This document shows, in pieces, positions 17,334-28,089 of a stretch of DNA of 64,000 bases. Origin of the DNA: Acidobacteriota bacterium (GTDB lineage Bacteria > Acidobacteriota > Terriglobia > 20CM-2-55-15); the NCBI GenBank assembly GCA_003223875.1, contig QHWY01000081.1:35388-99387 (forward strand), written 5' to 3'. The position numbers were made by a program, and so were the translations under genes. The notes beneath the pieces are model-generated. The model made no database searches and was not told where the DNA came from. It saw nothing but the letters and a program-made list of their open reading frames with translations. Position 1 is the first letter of the stretch. The number at the start of each line of letters is the position of its first letter.

Positions 17334-18394
17334 ATGTCCGATATCTCACAGTAGCGCTCTTGACGGCTCTAACGCTCGGCGCCGGTTGCGTGCGCCACGC
17401 CATAACCCAAGACTTCGGTCTTTCCGGAATCGCTTCACCGCGTGCGAAACGCCCGGCAGCACAGGCGATCGACACTCCGTTGCGTGCCGTGTTCAAACGG
17501 CAGATCCAGGGAGCATTCAATCCTCTCAGTGATGACGCGCGTGTTCAGGCGCTCGAAACCCGGTTGAAGTCGAACCCTCAAGATGCCGCGGCCCGATTGG
17601 AACTCGGCGGCGTTTATGAAATTTACAAGCTTTACGACAACGCGTTCGAGCAGTACCGGCAAGCGTTACAGTTATCGCTCTCCGATGGCGCTGCCGCTGA
17701 ACAGGCTATCGCCGGATTGTCGCGTTCGGCACGCGCATCGCGCCGGGCTCAAGAGGCGATCGGTCCAGTGGAGACTCTCCTCCAGCAGCGTCCCTCCACC
17801 GCGTCCTGGATTGAATTGGGACTTCTATATCAAGCCGTAAGCGATCTCGGCAAAGCTGAAATTGCATTCGCCGAAGCCGTGACTCTCGATCCGGAATCCG
17901 ATCGGGCTTATAACAATCTTGGCTACAATCTTCTCCTCGAAAATAAGATTGAAGCCGCCGAGGCCGAACTTCGCAGGGCACTCGAGCTGAATCCTTCATC
18001 AACAACAGCTCGAAATAATCTCGGCACAGTGCTCGCCCGGCGCGGAGACTTCGAAGGGGCGCTCCAAGAATTCCAACTCGCTGCCGACGTGGCCACCGCT
18101 CACAACAACCTTGCGGTTGTTCTCCTGGAGATGGGTCAGTACGAACGAAGCCGGGAAGAATTGGTCAAAGCTTTGGCGATTCGCCGTTACTTTGCGCCAG
18201 CGCTGGCGAATTTCAAGCTGGTGCAAGAACGCATCCGCGAACGGACAGAACTGCAAAAGGTCGGACGCTTGCCCTTGAGCGCGGTGCGAGTGCCGTCAGC
18301 GATTGTTGCAGAAGCGGGGCCGACTGCAGCCGACCCTCCCTCTGCGGATCAGCGAGAAATTTCCACACAAAAAGACTCTGAGGATAAACCATGA
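17330..18394 (+). CDS. TPR-repeat protein with signal peptide, TadD-like (putative pilus assembly lipoprotein)
   Basis: Signal peptide ending ..LGAGC. Multiple TPR units (..AYNNLGYNLL.., ..ARNNLGTVLA.., ..AHNNLAVVLL..). Positioned immediately before flp. Confidence 0.55.
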   Translation: MNVRYLTVALLTALTLGAGCVRHAITQDFGLSGIASPRAKRPAAQAIDTPLRAVFKRQIQGAFNPLSDDARVQALETRLKSNPQDAAARLELGGVYEIYKLYDNAFEQYRQALQLSLSDGAAAEQAIAGLSRSARASRRAQEAIGPVETLLQQRPSTASWIELGLLYQAVSDLGKAEIAFAEAVTLDPESDRAYNNLGYNLLLENKIEAAEAELRRALELNPSSTTARNNLGTVLARRGDFEGALQEFQLAADVATAHNNLAVVLLEMGQYERSREELVKALAIRRYFAPALANFKLVQERIRERTELQKVGRLPLSAVRVPSAIVAEAGPTAADPPSADQREISTQKDSEDKP

Positions 18395-18573
18395 AGAAAT
18401 TTTTTATTCGTCTTTGGACACAAACGGAAGGCCAGGACCTGGTCGAGTATGCTTTGATCGTCGCGACGATAGCGCTTGGGCTTATTTCAGTCGTCGGGCA
18501 GATCGCCACTGCACTCAGCACCGTCTACGCAAATATCGTAGGCTCGATTGGTACGTTCGGGACCGCGCAATAA
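18391..18573 (+). CDS. flp: Flp/Fap family type IVb prepilin
   Basis: 60 aa. ..TEG|QDLVEYALIVATIALGL.. is the Flp G/xxxxEY processing motif plus a hydrophobic helix. Confidence 0.85.
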   Translation: MKKFFIRLWTQTEGQDLVEYALIVATIALGLISVVGQIATALSTVYANIVGSIGTFGTAQ

Positions 18574-18580
18574 GTAGAAC

Positions 18581-20125
18581 ATGGATGCTTACTCGCAGGC
18601 TATCTACCAGCTGGACTCTTCTCCTACGTTCAAGGCCGAACGGACCGGAGTAACTTCGCTTGCGGTTTGGCTCCTCCCCAACTTTGTTGGCGTCGTATTT
18701 ACGTTGACCCTCTTCGAGGTGTTGTTTCTCTCCGCCGGTATCCCACGGCTATTTTACGACAGCGACATGGGATGGCACGTGCGCAACGGCGAAGCCATTC
18801 TCCGCACGGCCGCCGTTCCCCGAGCCGATCACTTTTCGTATACGCGTGAGGGCGCGCCTTGGTTCGCATGGGAGTGGCTGTCGGATGCCGGCTTTGGCGC
18901 TTTGCATCGCCTCGCCGGACTTTCCGGTGTTGCTCTGATCGCTGCGCTGACCATTGCTCTGACTGCGGCTGGGGCGGCACACCTGGCTCTTTCCATGGGC
19001 GGCAATCTGTTCTTCACCGCCTTTGCCACCGTCTTGCTGCTGGGCACCACCAGCATCCACTGGTTCGCGCGTCCCCACGTTTTTTCATGGATTCTGGCAT
19101 TAGCGTTTCTGGCCGCGGTTGAACGGGAGCGACGCAAACCGAGCGCGACTTTATACGCGCTGCCTCTGCTTGCGGCTCTTTGGGCCAATCTGCACGGCAG
19201 TTTCTTGCTGGGTCCCGTCATTGTTTTCATATATGCCATCGGTGAGTGGCTCGCCAGGCGGAGCGGCTTGCGGTTCGCCGTGACGTCGCTGGCATGTCTG
19301 CTGGCAACCTTTATTAGTCCGTACGGCTGGCGCCTGCATGAACACATTCTTGCTTATCTGCAGAATGACTATTTGATGGATCACATCGTCGAATTCCGGA
19401 GCTTCAGTTTTCACGCGCCCGGCGCATTGTACGTCGAACTGCTCCTGGCGGTGGGCGCCATTGGAACGATAGCGCTTTTCAAGCAGCGCGCATTTGGTCC
19501 CGCGCTGTTGAGTGTGGGAATGCTGCATCTCTCCTTATATTCCGCGCGCCACCTGGCGACTGCGGCTGTTCTTCTATTACCTCTTTCGGTTACCGCTTTG
19601 ACGCGCGAGGCGAGAACGTGGCCGGCCCTCCGCCGTTTCCTGGATTATTCCGACCGCCTGCGCGCCATCGATATCCGAATCTACGGCGTCGTTCCAATCG
19701 TCCTGGTGCTCGCATTGACTCTCGTTGGCGTGAATGCTCTTGCCCGCGCCGGTCGAGTGGGATTTGATCCCGGAACATTCCCTGTCCGCGCTGCCGACTT
19801 TCTCGAGCAAAGGAACAGGGAAAGCAACGGCTTGGGCCGTGTGTTCGCGAAAGATCAATGGAACGGATATCTGATTTACCGCTTTGACGGCCGCTTGAAG
19901 GTCTTCCTTGATGGCCGCAGCGATTTCTATGGCCAAAACATGTTGGAAAGTTACGCCCAAATCGTTGAAGTCCGGCCGGCATGGGAAGCGATGCTCCAAC
20001 AGTACGATGTCCGGTTTGTTCTCGTGGCACCGGATAATGCTTTGGCGTCTGCGCTTCGACTGAGCCGAGCTTGGAAGCGCATCTATTCGGATCCGGTCGC
20101 TGCGGTCTACGAAAGGATAAGCTGA
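18581..20125 (+). CDS. polytopic integral membrane protein of unknown function (GT-C-like glycosyltransferase fold suspected) embedded in the tad operon
   Basis: About 11-12 predicted TM helices, then a soluble C-terminal domain (..WNGYLIYRFDGRLKVFLDGRSDFYG..). First loop has YDSDMGWHV (acidic motif). No confident family assignment. Confidence 0.45.
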   Translation: MDAYSQAIYQLDSSPTFKAERTGVTSLAVWLLPNFVGVVFTLTLFEVLFLSAGIPRLFYDSDMGWHVRNGEAILRTAAVPRADHFSYTREGAPWFAWEWLSDAGFGALHRLAGLSGVALIAALTIALTAAGAAHLALSMGGNLFFTAFATVLLLGTTSIHWFARPHVFSWILALAFLAAVERERRKPSATLYALPLLAALWANLHGSFLLGPVIVFIYAIGEWLARRSGLRFAVTSLACLLATFISPYGWRLHEHILAYLQNDYLMDHIVEFRSFSFHAPGALYVELLLAVGAIGTIALFKQRAFGPALLSVGMLHLSLYSARHLATAAVLLLPLSVTALTREARTWPALRRFLDYSDRLRAIDIRIYGVVPIVLVLALTLVGVNALARAGRVGFDPGTFPVRAADFLEQRNRESNGLGRVFAKDQWNGYLIYRFDGRLKVFLDGRSDFYGQNMLESYAQIVEVRPAWEAMLQQYDVRFVLVAPDNALASALRLSRAWKRIYSDPVAAVYERIS

Positions 20126-20127
20126 AC

Positions 20128-20652
20128 ATGCCCGCGGTGATGGTGATGGGATTGGTTGTATTGGTCACGCTTGCCGCATGGAGTGATCTTCGTAGCCGGC
20201 GGATTCCGAATTCGATTACCGTTACCGGGGCCGCGGTAGGACTTCTGTTACACGTTTTCTACGGGAGTGTGTCGGGAGCCATGCAATCGCTGGCCGGGGC
20301 CGCGTTCGGACTCGCCATTTTTCTCGTATTCTATATTGCCGGCGGGATGGGCGCCGGGGACGTGAAGTTGTTTGGCGCGGTGGGCACATTCGCCGGGCCG
20401 CAGGGCATGATTATCGTATTTGTCGTCACTGCGCTGCTGGGCGGAATCGCAGCACTGGCTTTGGTATTGTGGCACGGACGCCTCGGCGCAACGCTCGTTC
20501 GGATGGGTGGAATGTTGATTGGTATGGGCCGGCTCCGCTTCGGTGAATTGCGAGCGGCGGCAGCATCGCCCGAATCGTTGCGCCTGCCTTACGGCGCCGT
20601 CATCGCCGGCGGCACGCTGTTGTTTCTCGCGGTGTGGCGATTCCCCTCCTAA
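20128..20652 (+). CDS. tadV: prepilin peptidase TadV/CpaA (A24 family)
   Basis: ..WSDLRSRRIPN.. and ..GGMGAGDVKLFGAVG.. carry the two catalytic Asp in TM context. Start taken at MPAVMVMGLV. Confidence 0.8.
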   Translation: MPAVMVMGLVVLVTLAAWSDLRSRRIPNSITVTGAAVGLLLHVFYGSVSGAMQSLAGAAFGLAIFLVFYIAGGMGAGDVKLFGAVGTFAGPQGMIIVFVVTALLGGIAALALVLWHGRLGATLVRMGGMLIGMGRLRFGELRAAAASPESLRLPYGAVIAGGTLLFLAVWRFPS

Positions 20653-20755
20653 GTTAGGAGGGGTGCCGAGCGAACAAAGTGAGCGAGGCGGGGTGGTTCG
20701 CTCAGGAACCTCCCTGGCGCTTCGCGCCACCCCTCCTAACTTAGGAGGGGAGCTG
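20643..20755. repeat. family A palindromic element, copy A3, intercistronic in the tad operon (tadV-cpaB)
   Basis: TTCCCCTCCTAAGTTAGGAGGGG ... CCCCTCCTAACTTAGGAGGGGAG. Terminal AGGAGGGG lies 6 and 17 nt upstream of the two candidate cpaB start codons. Confidence 0.7.
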
Positions 20756-20766
20756 GATGAGATCGT

Positions 20767-21618
20767 ATGCAGCGTCATCGTGTACTCGTTGCTTTTGGAA
20801 TTGCATGGCTGACCGCCCTGCTGTTGAGCTGGTGGGTTTATAAAAAGACCACAGCGCCACAGGCTCGGGATGTCATCTCGGTTGCAGCGGCCGCGCACGA
20901 TTTAGCAATCGGCAAGCGCATTCAAACCGACGATCTGAAAATGGTCACGCTCGATCGCAAGGACTTGCCTCGCGGTGTATTTGTGAAGGCGAGCGATGTT
21001 GTGGACCGCGCCGTGGCGGTTCCAATCTTTGCCGGCGAGATTGTGTTGAACGGCAAGCTGGCCGCCAAGGGAAGCGGTGAGGGACTGACCGCGCTTATCG
21101 AGCCGGGTATGCGCGCCGTCTCTGTGCAGGTGAATGAAATTTCGGGTGTATCGGGGTTCATCCAGCCGGGTACCCGCGTTGATGTGCTGTTCACGCGCAC
21201 CTTCTCGAATGGTGATGCGGCTACGACAACGATTCTCCAGAACATTAAAGTCGTCGCCTACGGCAGGCAGCTCGATGCCTCGGCGAAGTTAGAGTCGCGT
21301 GATACAACGCGCCCCACTGTCGCGACGTTGCTGGTCACACAGGAAGAGGCGCAAAAGGTGGTATTGGCCCAGCAGCGCGGACGCATTCAGCTCGTGCTGC
21401 GAAATGGTTTGGATGATAAGGTCGACGAATTTTCCGATCCCATTGCAGCGGCTGATCTCGGAATCGAGGAACCTCGCAAGCCTCAACCGCCGCCCGTCCG
21501 ACCGGTTCCTCCTCCGGATCCCGTCGTTCGTCCCTCGAAAGCCGCGAAGGCGGATGAGGATGCGCACACGGTCCGGATATATCGAGGGGACAAAATGACC
21601 GAGGAAAAGGTCAAATGA
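20767..21618 (+). CDS. cpaB: Flp pilus assembly protein CpaB/RcpC
   Basis: N-terminal TM anchor and a SAF-like domain (..RAVAVPIFAGEIVLNGKL..GMRAVSVQVNEISGVSGFIQPGTRVDVLFT..). Pro-rich C-terminus. Confidence 0.85.
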   Translation: MQRHRVLVAFGIAWLTALLLSWWVYKKTTAPQARDVISVAAAAHDLAIGKRIQTDDLKMVTLDRKDLPRGVFVKASDVVDRAVAVPIFAGEIVLNGKLAAKGSGEGLTALIEPGMRAVSVQVNEISGVSGFIQPGTRVDVLFTRTFSNGDAATTTILQNIKVVAYGRQLDASAKLESRDTTRPTVATLLVTQEEAQKVVLAQQRGRIQLVLRNGLDDKVDEFSDPIAAADLGIEEPRKPQPPPVRPVPPPDPVVRPSKAAKADEDAHTVRIYRGDKMTEEKVK

Positions 21619-23156
21619 AGTTTCCAACTGTATCGGCGGTCCGCGAAGGGCAAGCGCGACAGCGCGCAGCCTCGAGAGATGACCGCAGGCGCCATCTAAA
21701 CTGCTGGACGGTCGGCGCTCATAGAGCGCCGCGACAGTTTATGCGCTCATTCGCAATAGGTTTGGCCGTGCTGATTCTGGTCGGCATCATCGGACCGAGC
21801 ATCCGCGCTCAGGAACCTCCCCAACCCCCCAGGCTGGCGACGCCTCTTCCGGCGCGGGCGATGACGCTTACGGTCGGCCGCGGCGAGTTGCTGCAGTTTC
21901 CCGATGCCACGTCTCGCGTTTCGGTTTCCGATCCAGGGATTGCGGATGCGGTTGTCGTTTCGCCCAACGATGTCGTGTTGAACGGCAAGGCGCCCGGAAA
22001 CACAACCATCATGATTTGGCATGGCGATAACGTATCGCCTTACAACATCACAGTCGAACCGGATCTGAGTGAAATCCAAAAGCAGTTGCGGGCCACTTTT
22101 CCCAGCGAGCAAATCGAAGTCTCGAGCAGTAAGGACGCCATTCTTCTCACCGGTGTGGTGAGCGATGCGGAGATCGCAAAGCAAGCAGGATCGATTGCCG
22201 CCCTACACGCGAAATCCGTTGTGAACCTGCTTCAATCGCCGCCGCCCGATAATCGCCAGGTGATGCTGCAAGTCAAGTTCGCGACGGTGGACCGCACGAC
22301 TCTCAGCCAGTTCGGAGCAAACTTCTTCAGCGTGAATAACAGGCTCGTCGGCTCCGCAACAACGCAGCAATTCCAGTTTCCACGAATTGGGCAATTGCAG
22401 TTCTCCCAGGGGCCAAACGGCCAGCCGCAATTGGGTAACGAGACCGTTACCGTAGCCGACCTGTTGAACTTGTTTGCATTCCGGCCCGATCTGAATTTCG
22501 GAGCGACGCTGCGTTTGCTTCAAAGCCAGAATCTTCTGGAGATTCTCGCGGAACCCAACTTGATTACCGTCAGCGGGCGCGAAGCCAGTTTTCTGGCTGG
22601 GGGAGAATTTCCTTTCCCCGTGATCACGAACACCGGAACCGGAGCGCAAGCGGCTCCGGTCGTCACGATTCAGTTCAGGCCGTTCGGCGTACGCCTGGTG
22701 TTTACACCGACGGTTGAACCGAACGGATTGATCCATTTGAAGGTACGGCCCGAAGTGAGCTCGTTGGATTTTTCGAATGCGCTCACGATTCAAGGATTTC
22801 TCATTCCGGCCATAAGCTCGCGAACCGCGGAAACCGAGGTCGAGCTGCGTGAAGGCGAAAGTTTTGCCATCGCGGGGCTGATCGATAATCGCGTCACTCA
22901 AATCGTGAGCAAGCTGCCCGGTATCGGAGACATGCCGATCATCGGCCATCTCTTCCGGACTCGCAGCAACCAGAAAGCAAATACAGAACTGCTGGTGCTG
23001 ATTACGCCGAATTTCGTCAGACCCTTCGCTCCCGGTGAAACACCTCCATTGCCGCAGTTCCCGGAAGGCTTCCTTGGAGACCGTAGCGTTGAAAGCGGGG
23101 CAACGCCGGCGTTCATCGGGCCTCGGGGAACAGAGTCTTCCGGAGGGAAGCCGTGA
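21615..23156 (+). CDS. cpaC: CpaC/RcpA secretin
   Basis: ..LEILAEPNLITVSGREASFLAGGEFPFPV.. secretin core. ATGA overlap with cpaB. An alternative start at Met43 (MRSFAIGLAVLILV signal peptide, about 21741). Confidence 0.85.
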   Translation: MKFPTVSAVREGQARQRAASRDDRRRHLNCWTVGAHRAPRQFMRSFAIGLAVLILVGIIGPSIRAQEPPQPPRLATPLPARAMTLTVGRGELLQFPDATSRVSVSDPGIADAVVVSPNDVVLNGKAPGNTTIMIWHGDNVSPYNITVEPDLSEIQKQLRATFPSEQIEVSSSKDAILLTGVVSDAEIAKQAGSIAALHAKSVVNLLQSPPPDNRQVMLQVKFATVDRTTLSQFGANFFSVNNRLVGSATTQQFQFPRIGQLQFSQGPNGQPQLGNETVTVADLLNLFAFRPDLNFGATLRLLQSQNLLEILAEPNLITVSGREASFLAGGEFPFPVITNTGTGAQAAPVVTIQFRPFGVRLVFTPTVEPNGLIHLKVRPEVSSLDFSNALTIQGFLIPAISSRTAETEVELREGESFAIAGLIDNRVTQIVSKLPGIGDMPIIGHLFRTRSNQKANTELLVLITPNFVRPFAPGETPPLPQFPEGFLGDRSVESGATPAFIGPRGTESSGGKP

Positions 23157-24466
23157 GGTTTGGGCCAACGGAGCGGGGAGCTACGACGCTCTATTTCCTG
23201 CTATTGACGACCGTCGCGCTCGGCCTGATGGTCATGGCCGTAGATTTCGGCCGCTTCTCCCTCATTCAGGCGGAATTGCAAACCGCGGCCGATGCCGCTG
23301 CGCTGGCCGCAGCAACGCGCCTGACGGGAACGATGTCGAGTACCGAGCAGGCGGATCTCGAATGGAACGCTTCGTTTAACGACGCGACGCAAAACGACAA
23401 TCGTTTCAATCTGCGTTTGAACCAGGTCCTGTCCAGCTCAAATCTGTTTGTCGAAACTACAGAGTCTTACTTCTCTACCCTGGCAGACGCTTTTGGGAAT
23501 ACAGGCGGCGGCCAAACGGGAGGCATCGACTGGGGAAGCCTCGCGTATCCGAAATTCTCGAGAATTCAGATCTCGGCCCAGGCGCCGGTCGTGTTTGCTC
23601 CATTTCTGAACCGCGATCCCGGCGCACTGCCGACAATAACGGTTTCGGCAATTGCAGGGCTGAGCGCTCCATTGTGTGTCGCTTCAGGAATCGACGATCT
23701 TGCCATTGTCGATCCAAGCATGGGAGCAGACTCCGATCACTTCGGACTCGTACCCGGAAACTATTACACGTTGTCTCTGTCGTCAACGCAGGCCCCGCTC
23801 GAGAGCACGGATTCGACGATCGCATACGTCATACTGGATCACTTTCCAAATGGCGTGCAGGATACGGGCCTGCTGGATGACTTGCTCTTCGAATTAGGCG
23901 CGGCGAGCATCTCTACAAACGCCGGATTGGATCCGCCGGGCACGATCACGATTGGCAATATCGGAGTCGCTTACGGAAGTCCGAATAGTGTCGCCACGAC
24001 GGTTTTTCAGGACACCACCAATACGGCGAGCCAGGACATTCTTTGTGGCCTCAATGTTCGTTTTGGCATGGATCCATCGCTGAACGATGCGTGTAATACC
24101 GGAAACCGGCTCGACTTTCCGTCGTTGTTTTCGAGGTTTCAGGCAGCCGCAGATACCGATATCGGTATGGTCGCCTCCGGCAGCGCCGGACTGCAGGATT
24201 TCGCCGTGGACTACTGCCAGGAGGGCGTATGCAACTTTCGCCGCATACTAACACTTTCAGTAGTGGACGCCGCGGACACGCTGACAGTTCTGAACTTCCG
24301 CCAATTCCTTTTGGAACCGTCAACCGTTTCTCAGGGTTTAGATCCAACGGCGGCGAACGGATCGTTCCGCGCGCAATACATCGGAACACCGGTGCCGGTT
24401 CGATCCGGGGCACTGGGGGGTTCCTGTGGCGTGTCCGTCGGAATCGGAAGGGTGGTGTTGCATTAG
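23153..24466 (+). CDS. tadG: TadG-like pseudopilin/pilus-associated protein (Tad N-terminal domain)
   Basis: N-terminus ..GATTLYFLLLTTVALGLMVMAVDFGRFSLIQAELQTAADAAALAAA.. is the TadE/G-type hydrophobic segment. 437 aa. Confidence 0.6.
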   Translation: MRFGPTERGATTLYFLLLTTVALGLMVMAVDFGRFSLIQAELQTAADAAALAAATRLTGTMSSTEQADLEWNASFNDATQNDNRFNLRLNQVLSSSNLFVETTESYFSTLADAFGNTGGGQTGGIDWGSLAYPKFSRIQISAQAPVVFAPFLNRDPGALPTITVSAIAGLSAPLCVASGIDDLAIVDPSMGADSDHFGLVPGNYYTLSLSSTQAPLESTDSTIAYVILDHFPNGVQDTGLLDDLLFELGAASISTNAGLDPPGTITIGNIGVAYGSPNSVATTVFQDTTNTASQDILCGLNVRFGMDPSLNDACNTGNRLDFPSLFSRFQAAADTDIGMVASGSAGLQDFAVDYCQEGVCNFRRILTLSVVDAADTLTVLNFRQFLLEPSTVSQGLDPTAANGSFRAQYIGTPVPVRSGALGGSCGVSVGIGRVVLH

Positions 24467-24980
24467 GTATAGGTCACAGCGCGGCCAAGCCGTCCTAGAA
24501 CTTGCTATTCAGATTCCGCTCTTGATGGTCATCCTGGCCGGCGGAGTCCAGTTCGCGCGCGTCTTTTACACCTATCATACGCTGGAAAAAGCGTTGCGCG
24601 GCGGCGCGGCTTTGATCGCGCGGGCAAGCAACGTGAATTACTGCGACCCCGGAGATCCAGCCATCGTCGGCGCCAAGAATTTCATTGTGTACGGAAATCT
24701 CCAAGGCTTGGGAACAGAAATCATGCCCGGCTTGGCCGATCTGATTCAGATCATACCCGAGCGCCAAAGTGCCGGCACCACGGAGGTCACACCATGTGCG
24801 TGCGGCGCGGGTGGCAGCGCCGATGTGGATAGCTGCGAGAACCCCGGAGGCGGCCGCGCGCCGGATTTTGTCGTGGTGAATCTCGGTAGTGGTTACCCGC
24901 TTCAGTTGCTGTTCCCATACGTGAGTTTGGGAACGATCGATTTACGGGTTTCGGTTCGAATGCCGGTCACAGGTGGTTGA
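24426..24980 (+). CDS. tadE: TadE-like pseudopilin
   Basis: ..RGQAVLELAIQIPLLMVILAGGVQFARVFY.. is the TadE N-terminal motif. Confidence 0.6.
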   Translation: MACPSESEGWCCIRYRSQRGQAVLELAIQIPLLMVILAGGVQFARVFYTYHTLEKALRGGAALIARASNVNYCDPGDPAIVGAKNFIVYGNLQGLGTEIMPGLADLIQIIPERQSAGTTEVTPCACGAGGSADVDSCENPGGGRAPDFVVVNLGSGYPLQLLFPYVSLGTIDLRVSVRMPVTGG

Positions 24981-25510
24981 AAATGTCTTTTCCCGGATTT
25001 CGCCCAATGCGGGGTCAAGCCACCGTCGAAATGGCGCTCGTGCTCCTATTTGGGATATTGCCGCTCACTTTTGGGCTGATCGCTTTTTTGGAAGCTGCCT
25101 GGACGTATCACGGGCTTGTCGCACTGACGCGGCTGGGAGCGCGCTACGCTGCCACCCACTGTTTTCAGGATTCTTCGGGCCAGAACGTTGTATCGTGGCT
25201 GACGGACCTGAACAATCCCTCGCTGCCGCTGTTTCCCGATAGGCAAAAAGTGGCCACCGGAGGGATACAGATCACGGTGCAATATTGGACGCATGATCCG
25301 GACCTGGGAAGCATTCCCGTTTCCTGCAACGCAAGCTGTAATGCCGAGTGTGTCCCCGATTCGGTCACCGTCAGCGTTGCTACGAGCGATCCGAATACAT
25401 ATGGGTTCAACCGCCTTCTGACGGGTCTCCTTTTGCCGGCGATCCAGCCTCCGTCGTTTTCCACGACGGTGCCGATGGAGAGCGGAGTCGATCCGGATAC
25501 GACTCGGTAA
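24977..25510 (+). CDS. TadE/TadF-like pseudopilin
   Basis: ..RGQATVEMALVLLFGILPLTFGLIAFLEAAWTY.. is the TadE-family N-terminus. 4-nt overlap with the upstream gene. Confidence 0.6.
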   Translation: MKMSFPGFRPMRGQATVEMALVLLFGILPLTFGLIAFLEAAWTYHGLVALTRLGARYAATHCFQDSSGQNVVSWLTDLNNPSLPLFPDRQKVATGGIQITVQYWTHDPDLGSIPVSCNASCNAECVPDSVTVSVATSDPNTYGFNRLLTGLLLPAIQPPSFSTTVPMESGVDPDTTR

Positions 25511-25522
25511 TTTTGAGGAATT

Positions 25523-26692
25523 ATGGCTATTCAATTGATCGTCGCGAGCCCCGAACTCCGCTTTCATGATTTCGTCCGCGAGCAGCTCGTGCGCACGCCG
25601 AATGCGGAAATCGTCAGCGAGCATGAAGACATGGGGCCGAATCTGCCCATGCGTATCGCCCACGATCTGAACATCTATCCCCAGGCCGGAGTGTTGCTGG
25701 ACGTCTCATCGGACTCTGAACAAGGCCTTCGCGTTCTTGAACAGATGAGACAGTCGTCTCCATCAATGTACGCGATTCTTTCCGGTGCGCAGTTAAGCGA
25801 AGAGTTCCTGCTGCGCGCGATGCGCATGGGCGGCTCGGACTTCCTGCAACAACCATTGAAGCGTGCTGAATTCAATGACGCCATGACTCGCCTGGAAGAA
25901 CATCTGCAGCGCATGCACCGCCAGGGCCGGCAGTTTGGCCGGATGTACACGTTCCTTGGAGTCAAAGGCGGCATGGGAACCACTACAGCCGCCGTGAATT
26001 TTGCGGCGCTTTGCGCGCGGGAAAACAAGTCGACGGTGCTCGTGGACTTGGATATGGATTCCGGTGACGCGGCCTGCTACCTCGGTTTACGTCATCAATA
26101 CTCGCTGGCCGACGTCGTCGACAATTTGGATCAACTGGATCAGGCGATGCTCGATGGGATCGTGGCTCGCGATCCGCTTGGTTTTTCCGTCTTGTGCGCG
26201 CCCACCGAATTCGAGAGATCGCAAATGATTGGAGAACAACATTTGCGCGAAATCGGCACATTCTTGATCGAACGGCACGATGTCGTCATTGTCGATGGCT
26301 CGCGCGCCTTGGACCCGCTGCTGCTCGGCTGTCTTGAACTATCAGACTCGATTTTTGTCGTGCTGACTCAGGAGTTTCCCGCCGTGCGCAACGCGCAACA
26401 TTACCTGGGCGCGCTTGCTCGCGCGGGCTATGGTCATGAAGCGGTGAAATTGATCGTAAACCGCCATGACAAGCGCGACAACCTTCACGTCAGCCTTCCG
26501 CAGTTGCAGCAGACGCTGGGCGGGGCTCCTTTCTGGGTGCTGCCGAACCGCTACGAAGAAGCGATGGAGGCGATACACGAAGCGCGTCCCGTCGTGACCC
26601 GCGGAAACACGGATCTGGGCCGTGCTTATAGGGAATTTGGCAAAAAGTTCGGTGTCGAAGGCCAGGTGGCCGCGGCACTCCAGAAGAAGTGA
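25523..26692 (+). CDS. cpaE: CpaE/TadZ pilus-localisation ATPase (receiver-like N-domain + MinD/ParA domain)
   Basis: Deviant Walker A ..GVKGGMGTTTAAVNFA.. and ..VLVDLDMDSGD.. Confidence 0.8.
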   Translation: MAIQLIVASPELRFHDFVREQLVRTPNAEIVSEHEDMGPNLPMRIAHDLNIYPQAGVLLDVSSDSEQGLRVLEQMRQSSPSMYAILSGAQLSEEFLLRAMRMGGSDFLQQPLKRAEFNDAMTRLEEHLQRMHRQGRQFGRMYTFLGVKGGMGTTTAAVNFAALCARENKSTVLVDLDMDSGDAACYLGLRHQYSLADVVDNLDQLDQAMLDGIVARDPLGFSVLCAPTEFERSQMIGEQHLREIGTFLIERHDVVIVDGSRALDPLLLGCLELSDSIFVVLTQEFPAVRNAQHYLGALARAGYGHEAVKLIVNRHDKRDNLHVSLPQLQQTLGGAPFWVLPNRYEEAMEAIHEARPVVTRGNTDLGRAYREFGKKFGVEGQVAAALQKK

Positions 26693-26695
26693 TCT

Positions 26696-27972
<1,277 letters not shown>

Positions 27973-27976
<4 letters not shown>

Positions 27977-28089
27977 ATCAGATGAAAGCTTACGCCCTGG
28001 GCTATTTTCTCGCGCCGCTTCGCGGCTGGGCTAATCTCTTCCCGCCGCTTCGCGACGTCTTCGCGGCTGCCGCAACAATCGTCGCATGA
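27973..28089 (+). CDS. 38-aa coupled small ORF (MNQMKAYALGYFLAPLRGWANLFPPLRDVFAAAATIVA)
   Basis: ATGA overlap with the cpaF stop and with the tadB start. Not in the ORF track as a separate ORF. May be non-coding spacer. Confidence 0.2.

Noticed and set aside
22203-23168. 321-aa ORF antisense to cpaC
   Set aside because: It lies entirely within the secretin gene on the opposite strand. Low-complexity Arg-rich product. The secretin call is well supported.
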